Shown piece after piece: positions 1 through 10,237 of a DNA stretch of 64,000 nucleotides. The stretch covers positions 35,135 to 99,134 of the forward strand of contig OY969603.1 of assembly GCA_963701315.1 (NCBI GenBank). Direction: 5' to 3'. Source of the stretch: an uncultured Acidobacteriota bacterium. Lineage in GTDB: Bacteria; Acidobacteriota; Vicinamibacteria; Vicinamibacterales; Fen-181. The notes under the pieces were generated by a model. That model was not told the DNA's origin and made no database searches. It worked only from the letters and a program-made list of their open reading frames with translations. The translations under genes were made by a program, and so were the position numbers. Position 1 is the first letter of the stretch. Each line of letters starts with the position of its first letter.

Positions 1-1552
1 CCCACACCGCCTCCTCCGCCCGCGCGACCATGGGGACCATCACCTTGAGCGTCCCGAAGGCGGACGCGCGGACGAGCGCGCGCACCTGCTCCCGGAACAG
101 CGTTTCGAACTCGGGGTAGACGCGCACACCCCTGCACCCGAGGAACGGGTTGTCCTCCCGCGGCAGGTGGAGATAGGGGATCGGCTTGTCTCCGCCGATG
201 TCGAGCGTGCGGATGATCACGGGGCGCCCGCCCGCCTCGGCTAGCGCCAGGCGGTACTGCGCGAACTGGTCCTCCTCGGTGGGCGCCTCGGTTCGGTCGA
301 TGAACAACATCTCGGTCCGAAACAACCCGATGCCGTCGGCCCCGGCGTCCACGGCTGCCTGGACCTCGCGGCCAGAGGCGATGTTGGCTCCGACCTCGAT
401 GCGGTACCCGTCCTCGGTCGTGCCCGGCTGCCCGACGAAGGCCTGGAGGTGGGCGCGGCGGTGCGCGAGCCGGCGCCGCTCCATCTGGTAGTACCGCCGT
501 GCCCGATCGTCCAGCCGCGTGACGAGCGCCCCGATGTCCGCGTCGACGACGACCTCCTGGCCATCGAACGCGGCGATCTCGAGCGTCGGGAGGTCCACCA
601 GGGTCGGGATCCCGAACGAGCGGGCCAGGATCACCGTATGGGACGTCGTGCCGCCTCGCGAGAGCACGAGGCCCCGGAGGTACCGCCGGTCCAGGGCGAG
701 GAACTCCGCGGGCGTGAGCAGCTCAGCGAGGCAGACCGAGTCCTCCGAGAGGGTCGTTCCTTCCGCCTCGACAGCCTCTGGGTAGGCCTGGCGCAGCAGC
801 TGCCGGCACACGTCGCGCACGTCGAGGGCGCGCTCGCGCAGGACCGCGCTGCCCAGGCCCGTCAGCAGGCCAGTGAACCAGGCCTCCGCCTCGGCGATCG
901 CGGCCGCGGCCGTGCAGCCGCGGGCACGGACCGTCTGGACCAGACGCCGCGACAGCTCGGGGTCGCGGGCGACGGACCGGTGGGCCCGGAGGATGTCCGC
1001 CTCGACGCCTACGGGGCTCAACTCCAGCCGCACGTCGTAACTCTCCGTCAACCGCTGGAGCGCGTCCTCGAGTCGCACCACCTCCGCCTCCGGCTCCCCC
1101 GCCGCGCCGAGGGGCACCGCAGATGGCACGACGAATCCGCCCAGCGACACGGCACGGCCCTGGCCGATGCCCTGCACGACCGGCGTGCCGGGCCGCACGA
1201 GGATGTCGGCCCCCCGGAGCATCGGCGGCAGGCTGACGCCGCCGGCGCCTGGCCCCGCGACCGCCGCTAGCTGATCGTCGCAGTGCGGGAGGGTGTCCTC
1301 AACGAAGGCGCGCAGCGCGACCATCGCCCCGCTCGCGTCCTCACCCTCGGCCCGCACGCGGCAGGGATCGTCCAACCGGATGTCGAGGCCGATCAGCGCC
1401 AGCACACTCTTCGCGTCGGCGGCTTCGCCGGTACGCTCGTTGGTGATCTTGATGGCGGCACCGAAGCGGCGGGCCACTTCCTCCAAGGCACTCGCCGGTC
1501 GCGCGTGGACGCCGTTCGGCAGCGAGCAGCGAAATCCGTACTCGAGGGTCAT
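1..1552 (-). CDS. Multiphosphoryl transfer protein, HPr-Enzyme I fusion (FryA/PtsA-like); runs off the window edge
   Basis: Not in the ORF track (no stop in window). Hand translation from ATG 1552 gives MTLEYGFRCSLPNGVHARPASAL (HPr His motif), GGTTSHTVILARSFGIP (EI phospho-His), GADGIGLFRTEML and IIRTLDIGGDK...EDNPFLGCRG. Confidence 0.93.
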   Translation of the reverse strand, partial: MTLEYGFRCSLPNGVHARPASALEEVARRFGAAIKITNERTGEAADAKSVLALIGLDIRLDDPCRVRAEGEDASGAMVALRAFVEDTLPHCDDQLAAVAGPGAGGVSLPPMLRGADILVRPGTPVVQGIGQGRAVSLGGFVVPSAVPLGAAGEPEAEVVRLEDALQRLTESYDVRLELSPVGVEADILRAHRSVARDPELSRRLVQTVRARGCTAAAAIAEAEAWFTGLLTGLGSAVLRERALDVRDVCRQLLRQAYPEAVEAEGTTLSEDSVCLAELLTPAEFLALDRRYLRGLVLSRGGTTSHTVILARSFGIPTLVDLPTLEIAAFDGQEVVVDADIGALVTRLDDRARRYYQMERRRLAHRRAHLQAFVGQPGTTEDGYRIEVGANIASGREVQAAVDAGADGIGLFRTEMLFIDRTEAPTEEDQFAQYRLALAEAGGRPVIIRTLDIGGDKPIPYLHLPREDNPFLGCRGVRVYPEFETLFREQVRALVRASAFGTLKVMVPMVARAEEAVW

Positions 1553-1561
1553 AGCACGCCG

Positions 1562-1855
1562 TCAGATCTTGGCGAACACGCCGTCCGGGTTCTTGATCGC
1601 CTGCTGGACGCTCACCTCGATCGTGCGCAGACGGGCGAACCGTTCCGGCCGGTCGACCACGATGTCGACGGCGAAGATCGCGACGTCGGCGCCGTCGATC
1701 TCCGCCTGGCTCAGCTCGTTCTCGACGCCCATGGCGCCCTGGGTCTCCACCTTGATCGTGTAGCCGAGTCGCGCGGCGGTGCGTTCGAGCTGCTCGGCGG
1801 CCATGTAGGTGTGCGCGACACCCGTCGGGCAGGCAGTGACGGCGACGATCTTCAT
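1562..1855 (-). CDS. PTS fructose-like EIIB component
   Basis: MKIVAVTACPTGVAHTYMAAE...IKVETQGAMG is the fructose-family IIB signature. Confidence 0.95.
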   Translation of the reverse strand: MKIVAVTACPTGVAHTYMAAEQLERTAARLGYTIKVETQGAMGVENELSQAEIDGADVAIFAVDIVVDRPERFARLRTIEVSVQQAIKNPDGVFAKI

Positions 1856-1937
1856 CGGACTCTCCCTCCGGCGCACCTGGCGATCTCGCCAGGTGGATGA
1901 CGGGCACGACGAGCGGGCGCCGGGCCGGCCGCCGCCG

Positions 1938-2985
1938 CTAGGCCTCGGGCGGCTGCTCGGTCAGCCGCTTCACGGCGTTGATCACCACGGCGGTCACCGT
2001 GCTGCCCGCCACGATCGCCACCAGATACCAGAGGCGACGGTCCACGACCGGCAGAACGATGGGCCCGCCGTGCGGCGCGTGATCGCCGACACCGCCCAGC
2101 ATGGCCACCGTGGCAGCGACCATCGATCCGAACATGATGGACGGGATGACGCGGACGGGATCGGCCGCCGCAAACGGGATGGCGCCCTCCGTGATGCCGA
2201 CCAACCCCATGCCGAGCGCGGCGAGCCCGGACTCCCGCTGCTCGCCGGTCCACAGGCGCCGGCCGAGGAACGTGGCCAGGGCGAGGCCCAGCGGTGGCGT
2301 GCAGATGGCGGCCGCGCACGCCCCCATCACGGCGTAGTTGCCTTCCTTGATCATCGCCGCGCCGAAGAAGAAGGCTGCCTTGTTCACCGGGCCACCCATG
2401 TCGAAGGCGATCATCCCGCCGAGGACGATGGCGAGGACCATGGCGTTGCCGGCGCTCAGCGACTGCAGCCAAGTCCCGAGGAGCTGCATGGCGTCGGCGA
2501 TGGGCGCCCCCACCACCTTCAGCATCACCACGCCGACCACGACGCCCGACACGATCGGGATGATCAGGATCGGCATGATGGGTCGCAGGACCTTGTGGAC
2601 GGGCATCTTCTTCAGGAGGTTCACGATGTGGCCTGCGAGCAGGCCGACCAGCAGGGCGCCGAGAAACCCGGCGTTGGTCGTCCCGGCCAGGTAGCCGCCC
2701 AGCAGGCCCGGCACGAGGCCAGGCCGGCCCGCCATGCCGTAGGCGATGAACCCGGCGAGTACCCGGGAGCGCCAGCTTGAACGCGGCGTCGCCAATGTCG
2801 AGCAGCGTTTTGAGCGCGGGCGCCTGCGAGAAGTCCGGGCCGCCCGTCGGCGTCATCGATCCGGGATGAAGTATCGTCAGCGCCGCGATCGCGGAGGCGA
2901 TCAGAATGCCGCCGCACGCGATCATGGGGATGACGTAGGACACCCCCGTCAGGAGGTACTGCTTGTGCTGCTGCAGGGTGTTCAT
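1938..2985 (-). CDS. PTS fructose-like EIIC permease (one extra base at 2762-2764, probable sequencing error)
   Basis: N-terminus LLTGVSYVIPMIACGGILIA (ORF 1852..3030) joins VLAGFIAYG...FDMGGPVNKAA...GITEGAIPFAAADP (ORF 1938..2795) if one C is removed at AGTACCC; 348 aa. Confidence 0.9.
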
Positions 2986-3072
2986 CGCGCTTTTCCTCGG
3001 AACCCCGGGGCCGAAGGGGAATTTCAACACAAAAGGGCGATTGATGGTAGTCTCCCTGCGGAGACCCTCTGG

Positions 3073-4704
3073 ATGGCAACGGTTGCGGAGCTGATGGCCG
3101 TCACGCTGCGCGAGGCGGGCGTGACGCGGATGTTCGGCGTCCCGGGCGGTGAGATTCTGGATTTCATCGAGGCCGCGCGGCGCGCCGGCATCGAGTTCGT
3201 GCTGACGCGGGACGAGACGACCGCCGCGTTCATCGCCGATGCCGAGGGTTTCCTCACCAGACGGCCATCGGTGTGCGTGTCAACGCTGGGCCCTGGGGCC
3301 ATCAACATGACGCTGGGCGTCGCCAATGCCTGGCTCGACCGATCGCCGGTCATCGCCGTCACGGCGACGCTCGCCGCGACGAGCCAGCCCTACGCCACCC
3401 ACCAGCAGATCGACCTGAACGCGGTCTACCGACCGTTCACCAAGGCGGCCATCACGCTCACCGGCTCGGCGACGGTGGCGACCATGCGGGAGGTGTGCCG
3501 CACGGCCGTGTCACCACGGATGGGCCCGGTGCACGTGGCGCTGCCGAGCGACGTGGCGCGGATGACCAATCCGGTCGGGGCGGCTGGTGCCTGGTCGGTC
3601 AGTCCGCCGTTCCCGCCCGCGGCCGCCAAGGCGGCGCTCAAGCGGGTCGCCGAGGCCATCGCGGGCGCCCGGCGCCCCGTGCTGCTGCTCGGCCTCGACC
3701 TCGATCCGCTGGGGCACCGGGAGGCCGTCCGCCGACTCGTCCGCCACTTGGGCGTTCCGGTGTTCGCGACGCCCAAGGCGAAGGGCATCCTGCCCGAGGA
3801 CGATCCGCATTTCTTCGGCGTGTGCGGCGGGGTCGCCGCCGATGCCGCGATCCTCGAGTTCTTCGCGAAGGCGGATCTGCTGGTCGGCGTCGGCTACGAC
3901 CCGGTGGAATCCGACAAGCTCTGGCACAACGCGCACCCAATCGTCTCGCTCGGGCCTGTGTCGATCGCCTCCGGCGCCTACCGGCCGCGGCTCGAGGTGA
4001 CCGGCAACCTGCTGCAGACGATCGACGCCCTCACCTCGCGGGACTACCGTCGGTTCGCGTGGACATGGGAGGACTTCCAGGGATTCCGGGCCGAGCTCGA
4101 CCGTCGCCTGCGGCCGTCCTCGGGACCAACCGGCCTGTCACCCTCTGCGGTCACGCGTTGCCTGCGTCAGGTGTGCCCGCGCCACACGATTGCCACGACC
4201 GACGTCGGCTCGGTCAAGTTCATCGTCTCGCAGGCGTGGCGCTGCTACGAGCCGGTGACATTTCTCGAGTCCAACGGGCTGTCCGCGATGGGCTATGGCC
4301 TGCCTGCCGCCATCGCCGCCCGGCTTCAGTTCCCTGACCGGCCGGTGCTCTGCACCGTCGGCGACGGCGGCCTGGGGATGCGCCTGGCCGACATCGAAAC
4401 CTGCGTCCGCCTCCGGCTGCCGATCGCCGTCGTGGTGTTCAACGACGACGGGCTGAGCCTCATCCGGGTCGTCCAGCGAAAGCGCGGCTATCCGGACTAC
4501 GGTGTCCGCTACGGTCACATCGACTTCGCTGCCGCAGCCGTGGCCATGGGGGCCCGCGGGTGCCGTGCCTCGACGTTGGAGCAGGTCGCGTCGGCCGTGC
4601 AGGAGGCCCTCGGCGCCGACGGTCCAACGGTCATCGACGTGCCGATCGATCCCGAGGAGTATCACGACCAGACCGCCAAGGCGGGGAAGGAGTCGACCGG
4701 ATAA
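3073..4704 (+). CDS. Thiamine pyrophosphate-binding enzyme (acetolactate synthase large subunit-like)
   Basis: FGVPGGE, RDETTAAF, TLGPGAIN, AMGYGLPAAIAA, and the TPP motif GDGG...VVFND. Confidence 0.9.
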   Translation: MATVAELMAVTLREAGVTRMFGVPGGEILDFIEAARRAGIEFVLTRDETTAAFIADAEGFLTRRPSVCVSTLGPGAINMTLGVANAWLDRSPVIAVTATLAATSQPYATHQQIDLNAVYRPFTKAAITLTGSATVATMREVCRTAVSPRMGPVHVALPSDVARMTNPVGAAGAWSVSPPFPPAAAKAALKRVAEAIAGARRPVLLLGLDLDPLGHREAVRRLVRHLGVPVFATPKAKGILPEDDPHFFGVCGGVAADAAILEFFAKADLLVGVGYDPVESDKLWHNAHPIVSLGPVSIASGAYRPRLEVTGNLLQTIDALTSRDYRRFAWTWEDFQGFRAELDRRLRPSSGPTGLSPSAVTRCLRQVCPRHTIATTDVGSVKFIVSQAWRCYEPVTFLESNGLSAMGYGLPAAIAARLQFPDRPVLCTVGDGGLGMRLADIETCVRLRLPIAVVVFNDDGLSLIRVVQRKRGYPDYGVRYGHIDFAAAAVAMGARGCRASTLEQVASAVQEALGADGPTVIDVPIDPEEYHDQTAKAGKESTG

Positions 4705-4788
4705 CCGGTCGTGGCCGGCCCAGGTTGGGCGGCGGAGCGCTCGGCCGACCCTCTCGGGCGGCGACGGGCGGAGCACCCGGAGTGTGGA

Positions 4789-5476
4789 TCAGCGCGCCGC
4801 GGCTGTCGGCGTGAAGACGAGGTAGTACCTGGTAGGGCAGGAACGATTCCTCCTTGGTCAGGCGGAAACCGTGCTGCTCGAAGTCGCCGATGACCTCCGT
4901 GCTGGAGAGCCTCATCTCAGGCGGCGGGCCGACGGACAGCGACCCCTTCTGGAAATCCACCACCACGATCTGGCCGCCGGGCCGCAGCGTCCGGCGAAGT
5001 TTCTCCGCGTAGTGCCCGCGGTCGGCGATGTGGTGCCACGTGTCGCAGATGAAGACGCGATCGACCGACGCGTCGGCGAGCAGCGGATCGTCGGGCAAGG
5101 AGAGGACCGTGCGAACGTTGTCGAGACCCGCAGCGCGGACGGCCTGGTTGAGATGGACGATCATGTCGGGGTTGATGTCGACCGCGTACACCCGGCCAGT
5201 CTCGCCGACGTGGCGCGCGAAGCGCAACGCGAAGTACCCGGATCCGGCGCCAATGTCGGCCACCCGATCGCCCTCCTTCAGCCCCAGCGCCATCACCACC
5301 TCGTGGGGCTTCTGATAGGCGTCGCGCGCAGGGTCCTCGAGCATGGCGATGTAGGCCTTGGGATCCTGGTGGAGTCGGTGCATCTCCTCCATCGTGGCCG
5401 GGGGCCGCTGAGGTGCCTGCGCGACGAGCGTGGCGCCCAGCGCCAGGACGCCGAGGGAGGCGGGGCCAGGTTTCAT
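4789..5476 (-). CDS. Class I SAM-dependent methyltransferase with signal peptide (one extra base at 4828-4829)
   Basis: VADIGAGSGYF motif. Removing one base restores the ending FLPYQYYLVFTPTAAAR* (stop 4789) and removes the overlap with the convergent gene. Confidence 0.85.
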
Positions 5477-5578
5477 GCGTCACTCCAAGTCAGGGGCGGA
5501 ACCGTCCCCCATCATACCGCGCGGGCCCGGCCGGGCGTTTTCCGCACACAGGGCGCCGCGGCCTGCTACCATCTCTTC

Positions 5579-7330
5579 GTGAGCTGCCGTGCGTTTCACG
5601 CGCCAGGCCGGACGGCGGTCGGCCTGGCCGCAGGCCTCTGCCTGCTCGTCGCCGCACCGGCCACGGCGTCGGTGCGCGGTGTCGTCTTCGTGCGCGTGAT
5701 CGGCGACATCGAGGTCGTGAGCGGCGCGGACCTGCCCGAGGGCTTTCAGGCCCGGGCCCAGCGGGCGGGCGTCGAGATCGCGACGGGGTCCGGCTTCGTG
5801 TTCTCGCCTCTCGGCCAGGTGCTGACCTGCGACCATGTCGTCAGCAGCAGCGAGCGGTCCGCGACGGTCGACGGGCGGAAGGTGCAGGTACGCCTCACGG
5901 TGCGCCGCATCCAGGTGCAGGTGCCTGGCGACCCGGAAACCGGCGCGTCACCAGGCCGGTACGACGCGACGGTGATCGCCGAGAGCGCCGATCTCGACCT
6001 GGCCGTGCTCTCGATCGCAGCGGCGAATCTCCCCAACTTCGACCTTGGGGACTCGGACGCTCTCGAGGCCGGTGACGCCCTCGACGCCGTCGGCTTTCCG
6101 TTCGGCGAGGACGTGGAGATCGGCCGCGTGGCTGGCGAATCCGACCTGCCACCCGAGGTGAGCGTGAGCCGGGGCACCTTCTCGGCCTTCCGTACCGATA
6201 CCGACGGGCTGCGCCGCTTCGTGCAGACGACCGCGCCGGTGAATCCCGGCAACAGCGGGGGGCCAGTCCTGGACGGGGACGGCTACGTGGTGGGCGTGGT
6301 GGCGCGTCGGCTGACGGGCACGAGCGCGCCGGCCCTGGGCATCGGGTTCGCCGTGCCGATCAACCTGGTGAAGCAGTTTCTGGAGTCTCGCGGGCTCGAC
6401 GGCGGGCTGCCGCGTCGACTGGTGCTCGGCCCGCCGCAGGGGCTCGAGGCTAAGGGCCTGCATCTGCGGTTTCCGGTGGGCATGGCCGACAGTTCGCCGT
6501 TTCGGGCGAGGGTCGAAGCCCTGGCCGGTCCGACGCTGGCCCTGCGCCTCGACCGCTTCCTCTCGCCGTGGGATGCGGCGCGGGTCGCCGACGCCTTCGT
6601 CCGCGGCCAAGCCATCGAACCCGTCGTGGCGGCGACATCCCCCGTCGAGCGCCTGCGCCAGATCGGGGGGCATCGCGGCGTGATGGGGCACGTGGCTGGC
6701 ACCCTGGCCGACGGGACGACGGTGCGGATGGAGTATGCGGTCATCGAGATGGGAGGCGAGCGGATCGTCGCCCGCTACGTCGGCTCCGCGGCGCAACTAG
6801 CCTACAGCGCCTCGGTCCTTCGCGCGTCGCTCGCCTCCATTGAGGCGGATCCCCTCCGGCGGGAAAGCCGGATCGGACTCGAACCTGCCGCGTGGGAGGC
6901 CTTCCAGACGGCTAAGTCCGGGTCCCCCCTTTCCGGGCTTCCGCTGCCGGCCGGCTGGGTGTCCGAGCCGGAGGGCGCCGCCGGGTGCCCTGGTCTCCCG
7001 GTGCCGACCGACGGCGTGTCGGCGTTCGCTCCCAGCGATTTCAGCCGGGTCCTGCGAGCCTCGGCGTTTGAGGGCGCCAGCGTCTCGCCCGGCGCGGCAG
7101 CGGCCGCCTGCGGGACGCCCGTCAGGGAGGTCGCGGGGCGCTACCGGCGCCAGGTGGAGTGGTTCGGGACGCGCTACCACGTCGAGGGCCAGTTCATCGC
7201 ACTCGACGGCCGGGAACTGCTCCAACTCGAGGCCGTTGCCCCAATGGATGGGACGGTGCCGCTGCACGACCTGTTCGCGGCCTGGACGGCCCGGGTCGCT
7301 CGGCCGCCCGACGCGCGGGCGGGGCGATAG
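5579..7330 (+). CDS. Trypsin-like (S1C) serine protease with a long uncharacterised C-terminal region
   Basis: TGSGF, LTCDHVV, DLAVL and VNPGNSGGP triad motifs; N-terminal signal-like segment; start approximate. Confidence 0.8.
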   Translation: MSCRAFHAPGRTAVGLAAGLCLLVAAPATASVRGVVFVRVIGDIEVVSGADLPEGFQARAQRAGVEIATGSGFVFSPLGQVLTCDHVVSSSERSATVDGRKVQVRLTVRRIQVQVPGDPETGASPGRYDATVIAESADLDLAVLSIAAANLPNFDLGDSDALEAGDALDAVGFPFGEDVEIGRVAGESDLPPEVSVSRGTFSAFRTDTDGLRRFVQTTAPVNPGNSGGPVLDGDGYVVGVVARRLTGTSAPALGIGFAVPINLVKQFLESRGLDGGLPRRLVLGPPQGLEAKGLHLRFPVGMADSSPFRARVEALAGPTLALRLDRFLSPWDAARVADAFVRGQAIEPVVAATSPVERLRQIGGHRGVMGHVAGTLADGTTVRMEYAVIEMGGERIVARYVGSAAQLAYSASVLRASLASIEADPLRRESRIGLEPAAWEAFQTAKSGSPLSGLPLPAGWVSEPEGAAGCPGLPVPTDGVSAFAPSDFSRVLRASAFEGASVSPGAAAAACGTPVREVAGRYRRQVEWFGTRYHVEGQFIALDGRELLQLEAVAPMDGTVPLHDLFAAWTARVARPPDARAGR

Positions 7331-7390
7331 CCCGGCAGAGTCCGCTCACCCGCCAAGTCTGCGCAGCCGGCTGGCAGCTGCACCCCTCGC

Positions 7391-8059
7391 TCAGGATGCG
7401 TAACGCCGCAGGCGGAGCGGCTCGCGCCCTCCCCGTTTGCGCGCGACGTACCACCACGCCAACCCCCCGAACCACGTGTAGACCCACGAGGGCGAGAGGC
7501 GTCTCGCGACCATGTCCTGGGCCTCCTTCGGGATGGGGTGACCCGTCACCAAGGCGGCCGCGGCCTGGTCGAACGCGGGGATCGCACGGGCTAGGGGTGA
7601 GTGCTCGATGCGGCGCCCCTCGAGCGCACCGCCCGTGCCGAAGGCCAGCGAGCCCGCCCACTCGACACCCGTGTCGCGGCAGAAGCTCTGGCAGACGGCA
7701 ACGGCGATCGCGCAGTGATGTGTCTCGGGGAATCCGCACTGCGTGAGGACGGCGAGTCGCTTTGGCACCAGAACGGACCGCGTGTCCGCGGCGGCCGCGT
7801 CGGCCCAGGTTTCGAGCAGTCGGGTCACCGGCGCGGGCAGCGTGTCGACGTAGAGCGGAAAGGACAACACGACCAAGTCGGCCCACGCGATCTCCTCCAG
7901 GAGCCCCGAGAGGGCGCCGGCCGAGCGGAAAGCCGGCGTGACGCGCTGCAGGCGGGTGGTGGCCCCCAGGCCTTCAAGGCGACTGAGGACGGCCTCGCCG
8001 AACGACCGCGAGGCGCTGCGTTGCGGCTTGGGACTGCCAACGAGCAGGAGGGCGTTCAT
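7391..8059 (-). CDS. Flavodoxin-fold NAD(P)H-dependent oxidoreductase
   Basis: MNALLLVGSPK..., ADLVVLSFPLYVDTLP, QCGFPE; ATGA overlap with the upstream gene. Confidence 0.75.
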   Translation of the reverse strand: MNALLLVGSPKPQRSASRSFGEAVLSRLEGLGATTRLQRVTPAFRSAGALSGLLEEIAWADLVVLSFPLYVDTLPAPVTRLLETWADAAAADTRSVLVPKRLAVLTQCGFPETHHCAIAVAVCQSFCRDTGVEWAGSLAFGTGGALEGRRIEHSPLARAIPAFDQAAAALVTGHPIPKEAQDMVARRLSPSWVYTWFGGLAWWYVARKRGGREPLRLRRYAS

Positions 8060-8619
8060 GCGGCGGCCTCCGCGTGCACCAGGCGCCTGGCCAGCGCCAG
8101 AGGGTCGTCTTGCGACGTGACGATGGCGACGGCGTGCGACGGGCTGTAAAAGTTGAGGGCGTTGCGCGTGACGAGCCGGGTGAACAACGCCTCGCATTCG
8201 GGGTCCGGCTGCGACAGGGTGCCCAGGGCGAGCAGTCGTGGGTAGCCCGCGTACCGCGGGGCGTGGTGGACCTCCCCGCCGACGCGTCGGAAGTGAGGCA
8301 ACAGCAACCCGATCATCCGGTCGAGGACGGCTTTGGCCAGCGAGCCCCACGTGCCGAACCGGGCGGGCGTCGCGATGGCGAGCGTGTCGGCGGCGATCAC
8401 CTGTCTGGCGAGGGCCCGAGCGTCGTCGGCGATCAGGCACTCGCCCGGCCGCGTCGTCCAGCAGCCGAAGCATCCGTTGCAGGCTTGGACGTTCAGGGTG
8501 CGCAACACGACTCGGGTGACCCGGTCACCACGTTCCATCAGCGCGGTTTCGAGAGCGTCGGCCGCCCGCGACGACGGGTGGTCGGGCGAGGGCGAAGCGT
8601 CGAGGAGGATGGCGGACAT
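8056..8619 (-). CDS. Flavodoxin family / iron-sulfur flavoprotein-like protein
   Basis: CNGCFGCWTTRPGECLIADD (Cx2Cx2Cx7C) followed by ADTLAIATP...KAVLDR. Confidence 0.8.
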   Translation of the reverse strand: MSAILLDASPSPDHPSSRAADALETALMERGDRVTRVVLRTLNVQACNGCFGCWTTRPGECLIADDARALARQVIAADTLAIATPARFGTWGSLAKAVLDRMIGLLLPHFRRVGGEVHHAPRYAGYPRLLALGTLSQPDPECEALFTRLVTRNALNFYSPSHAVAIVTSQDDPLALARRLVHAEAAA

Positions 8620-9254
8620 GAGAGCCTTTCTGCGTGGGCGCCGAGCGTCAGGGCGTCGACGGAGATGCGGAGCACCCGCTCGGTGAGGGGCTCGAGACCG
8701 CCGACCGCGAACGGGAGCAGACGGAGCGGCCCACCCTTCCACAGCTCCGCGAGCCCGTGGACCAGCGACCACAGGCTCACCGCGATGACGACGGGATCGC
8801 CGGGCGGCAGCTGATTCGCCCGCTGGCACGCGCCGACCGCCGTCACCAGGCGCCCCCACGTCGCACCCGGCTCCGGGTGGACCGCTTCGCGCGGATCCGG
8901 CCGGGAGGCTGCCGGGGAGGTGATCGCCGCGTAGTAGTCGGCTCGCTCGACCGCAAAGGTCACGTAAGCCAGCCCGATCGCGAGCAGCTGCTCTCTCGGG
9001 TCCTCGCCAGCGGCCTCCTGCCGGCGCGCCATGCGTCGGTCCATTTCGTCGAGGCCTTCGCGCGCGAGCGCGCCAACCAGGTCGGCGCGGTCCCGGAAGT
9101 GGTGGTAGGGTGCCGCGTGGGACACCCCCAACGCGGCCGCCACTTCACGGAGCGACCAGCCGTCGAGACCACGTGCCGCGGTCAGGCGGAGCGCCTCGTC
9201 GAGGAGCGCGCGCCGGAGGTTGCCGTGGTGGTAGGTGTCGGTGGCCGTGCTCAT
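8538..9254 (-). CDS. TetR/AcrR family regulator (WHG-type C-terminus)
   Basis: YHHGNLRRALL...SLREVAAALGVSHAAPYHHF HTH; WSLVHG. Confidence 0.92.
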   Translation of the reverse strand: MSTATDTYHHGNLRRALLDEALRLTAARGLDGWSLREVAAALGVSHAAPYHHFRDRADLVGALAREGLDEMDRRMARRQEAAGEDPREQLLAIGLAYVTFAVERADYYAAITSPAASRPDPREAVHPEPGATWGRLVTAVGACQRANQLPPGDPVVIAVSLWSLVHGLAELWKGGPLRLLPFAVGGLEPLTERVLRISVDALTLGAHAERLSCPPSSSTLRPRPTTRRRGRPTLSKPR

Positions 9255-9262
9255 CAGGGCTG

Positions 9263-9295
9263 AACTTTACAGTGGAAAGTTTACAATGTCAAGAT
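9263..9295 (-). promoter_or_regulatory. sigma70 promoter overlapped by TetR-type operator palindromes
   Basis: Minus strand TTGACA-17 nt-TAAAGT just upstream of the TetR ATG; imperfect palindrome AACTTTACAGTGGAAAGTT plus an adjacent related site. Confidence 0.65.
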
Positions 9296-9337
9296 GTGGA
9301 TGCGCCGCCCGAGGCGCGGGGCCCGGGCGACGCGTCG

Positions 9338-9925
9338 TTACCAACCGGCCAGCCAGGAGTAGAGCAGCGCGCCAAGGCCGGCAAGGCCGAGCCCGAACGA
9401 GCCCAGCCACATGATGCGATGGCGGAGCAGGGCGGCCACGGCGGCCAGCGCGATGGTGATCTGGAGCATGGTGACCGAGATGGCGAGGTGGTGGTGACGG
9501 TGCATCAACTCGCCGGCCTCGGCGGTCTTCTTGTCGTGTTCCTTTTCCAACTCGCGCGCCTGGGCCTGGATTTCCTTCTGTTCCGCCTCGTAGCGGTGGA
9601 TCGTCTCCTCCACCGTCGGCGGGACTTGCTTGCCGAGCACCTCGTAGGTCGTCTTCATCCCGGTCGCCACCGCGGCCTTCACGCCTTTGGCCTGGTAGTA
9701 CGCCCACTGGTCGGAGGCCTTGGTCTGCAATTCCCCCGCCTCGGTTTTCAGGAGCAGGGCCTCGTTCGCGGCGCCGCCCGCCAGCAGGGATCCGATGGCG
9801 GCGATGGCCGCGAAGAACGCGGTCGTCACGGCGATCCAGCGGACCAGATTGCCGGATTCCTTTTCAACTTCCTCGGCGACGGCCTCCCTGAGATGGTCGA
9901 GGTCGACTTCCTGTTCCTCGGGCAT
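9338..9925 (-). CDS. DUF4337-like membrane protein
   Basis: ASDQWAYYQAK motif, coiled coil, 3 TM segments. Confidence 0.8.
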   Translation of the reverse strand: MPEEQEVDLDHLREAVAEEVEKESGNLVRWIAVTTAFFAAIAAIGSLLAGGAANEALLLKTEAGELQTKASDQWAYYQAKGVKAAVATGMKTTYEVLGKQVPPTVEETIHRYEAEQKEIQAQARELEKEHDKKTAEAGELMHRHHHLAISVTMLQITIALAAVAALLRHRIMWLGSFGLGLAGLGALLYSWLAGW

Positions 9926-10237
9926 TCAACACTCCTCGTCTGGGTGGCGAGCCCGCCACGTCTGTTGACACGTCCGGTGCAGCCTATGATCGCACAAGCT
10001 GAGCCGGATCAACCTGTCGAGCGTCGCGAGCCGGGCCCCGGGGGCCACCACCCGAGTGCGGCGCCGGCCCGACGGGCCAGCCGCGGGCTGGCGGCTCGTG
10101 GTCGAGCCCGAGTCGACCCCCGGCCTGCCGGGCGGCGGTGCCTGTGCCCACGGCCGCCGCCAGGGCCCTGGGCGCCGCCGTGGCCACCGCACGGAACCGC
10201 CGGTGGCTCATCGCCCGGAGCGACCTGCGACGGCGAT

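Noticed and set aside
8538-8619. 82 nt overlap of TetR with the downstream gene as a frameshift
   Set aside because: No error-motif context; a simple stop-loss or natural extension is sufficient.
9966-9991. TTGACA...TATGAT promoter-like pair
   Set aside because: The spacer is only 14 nt and there is no downstream plus-strand gene.
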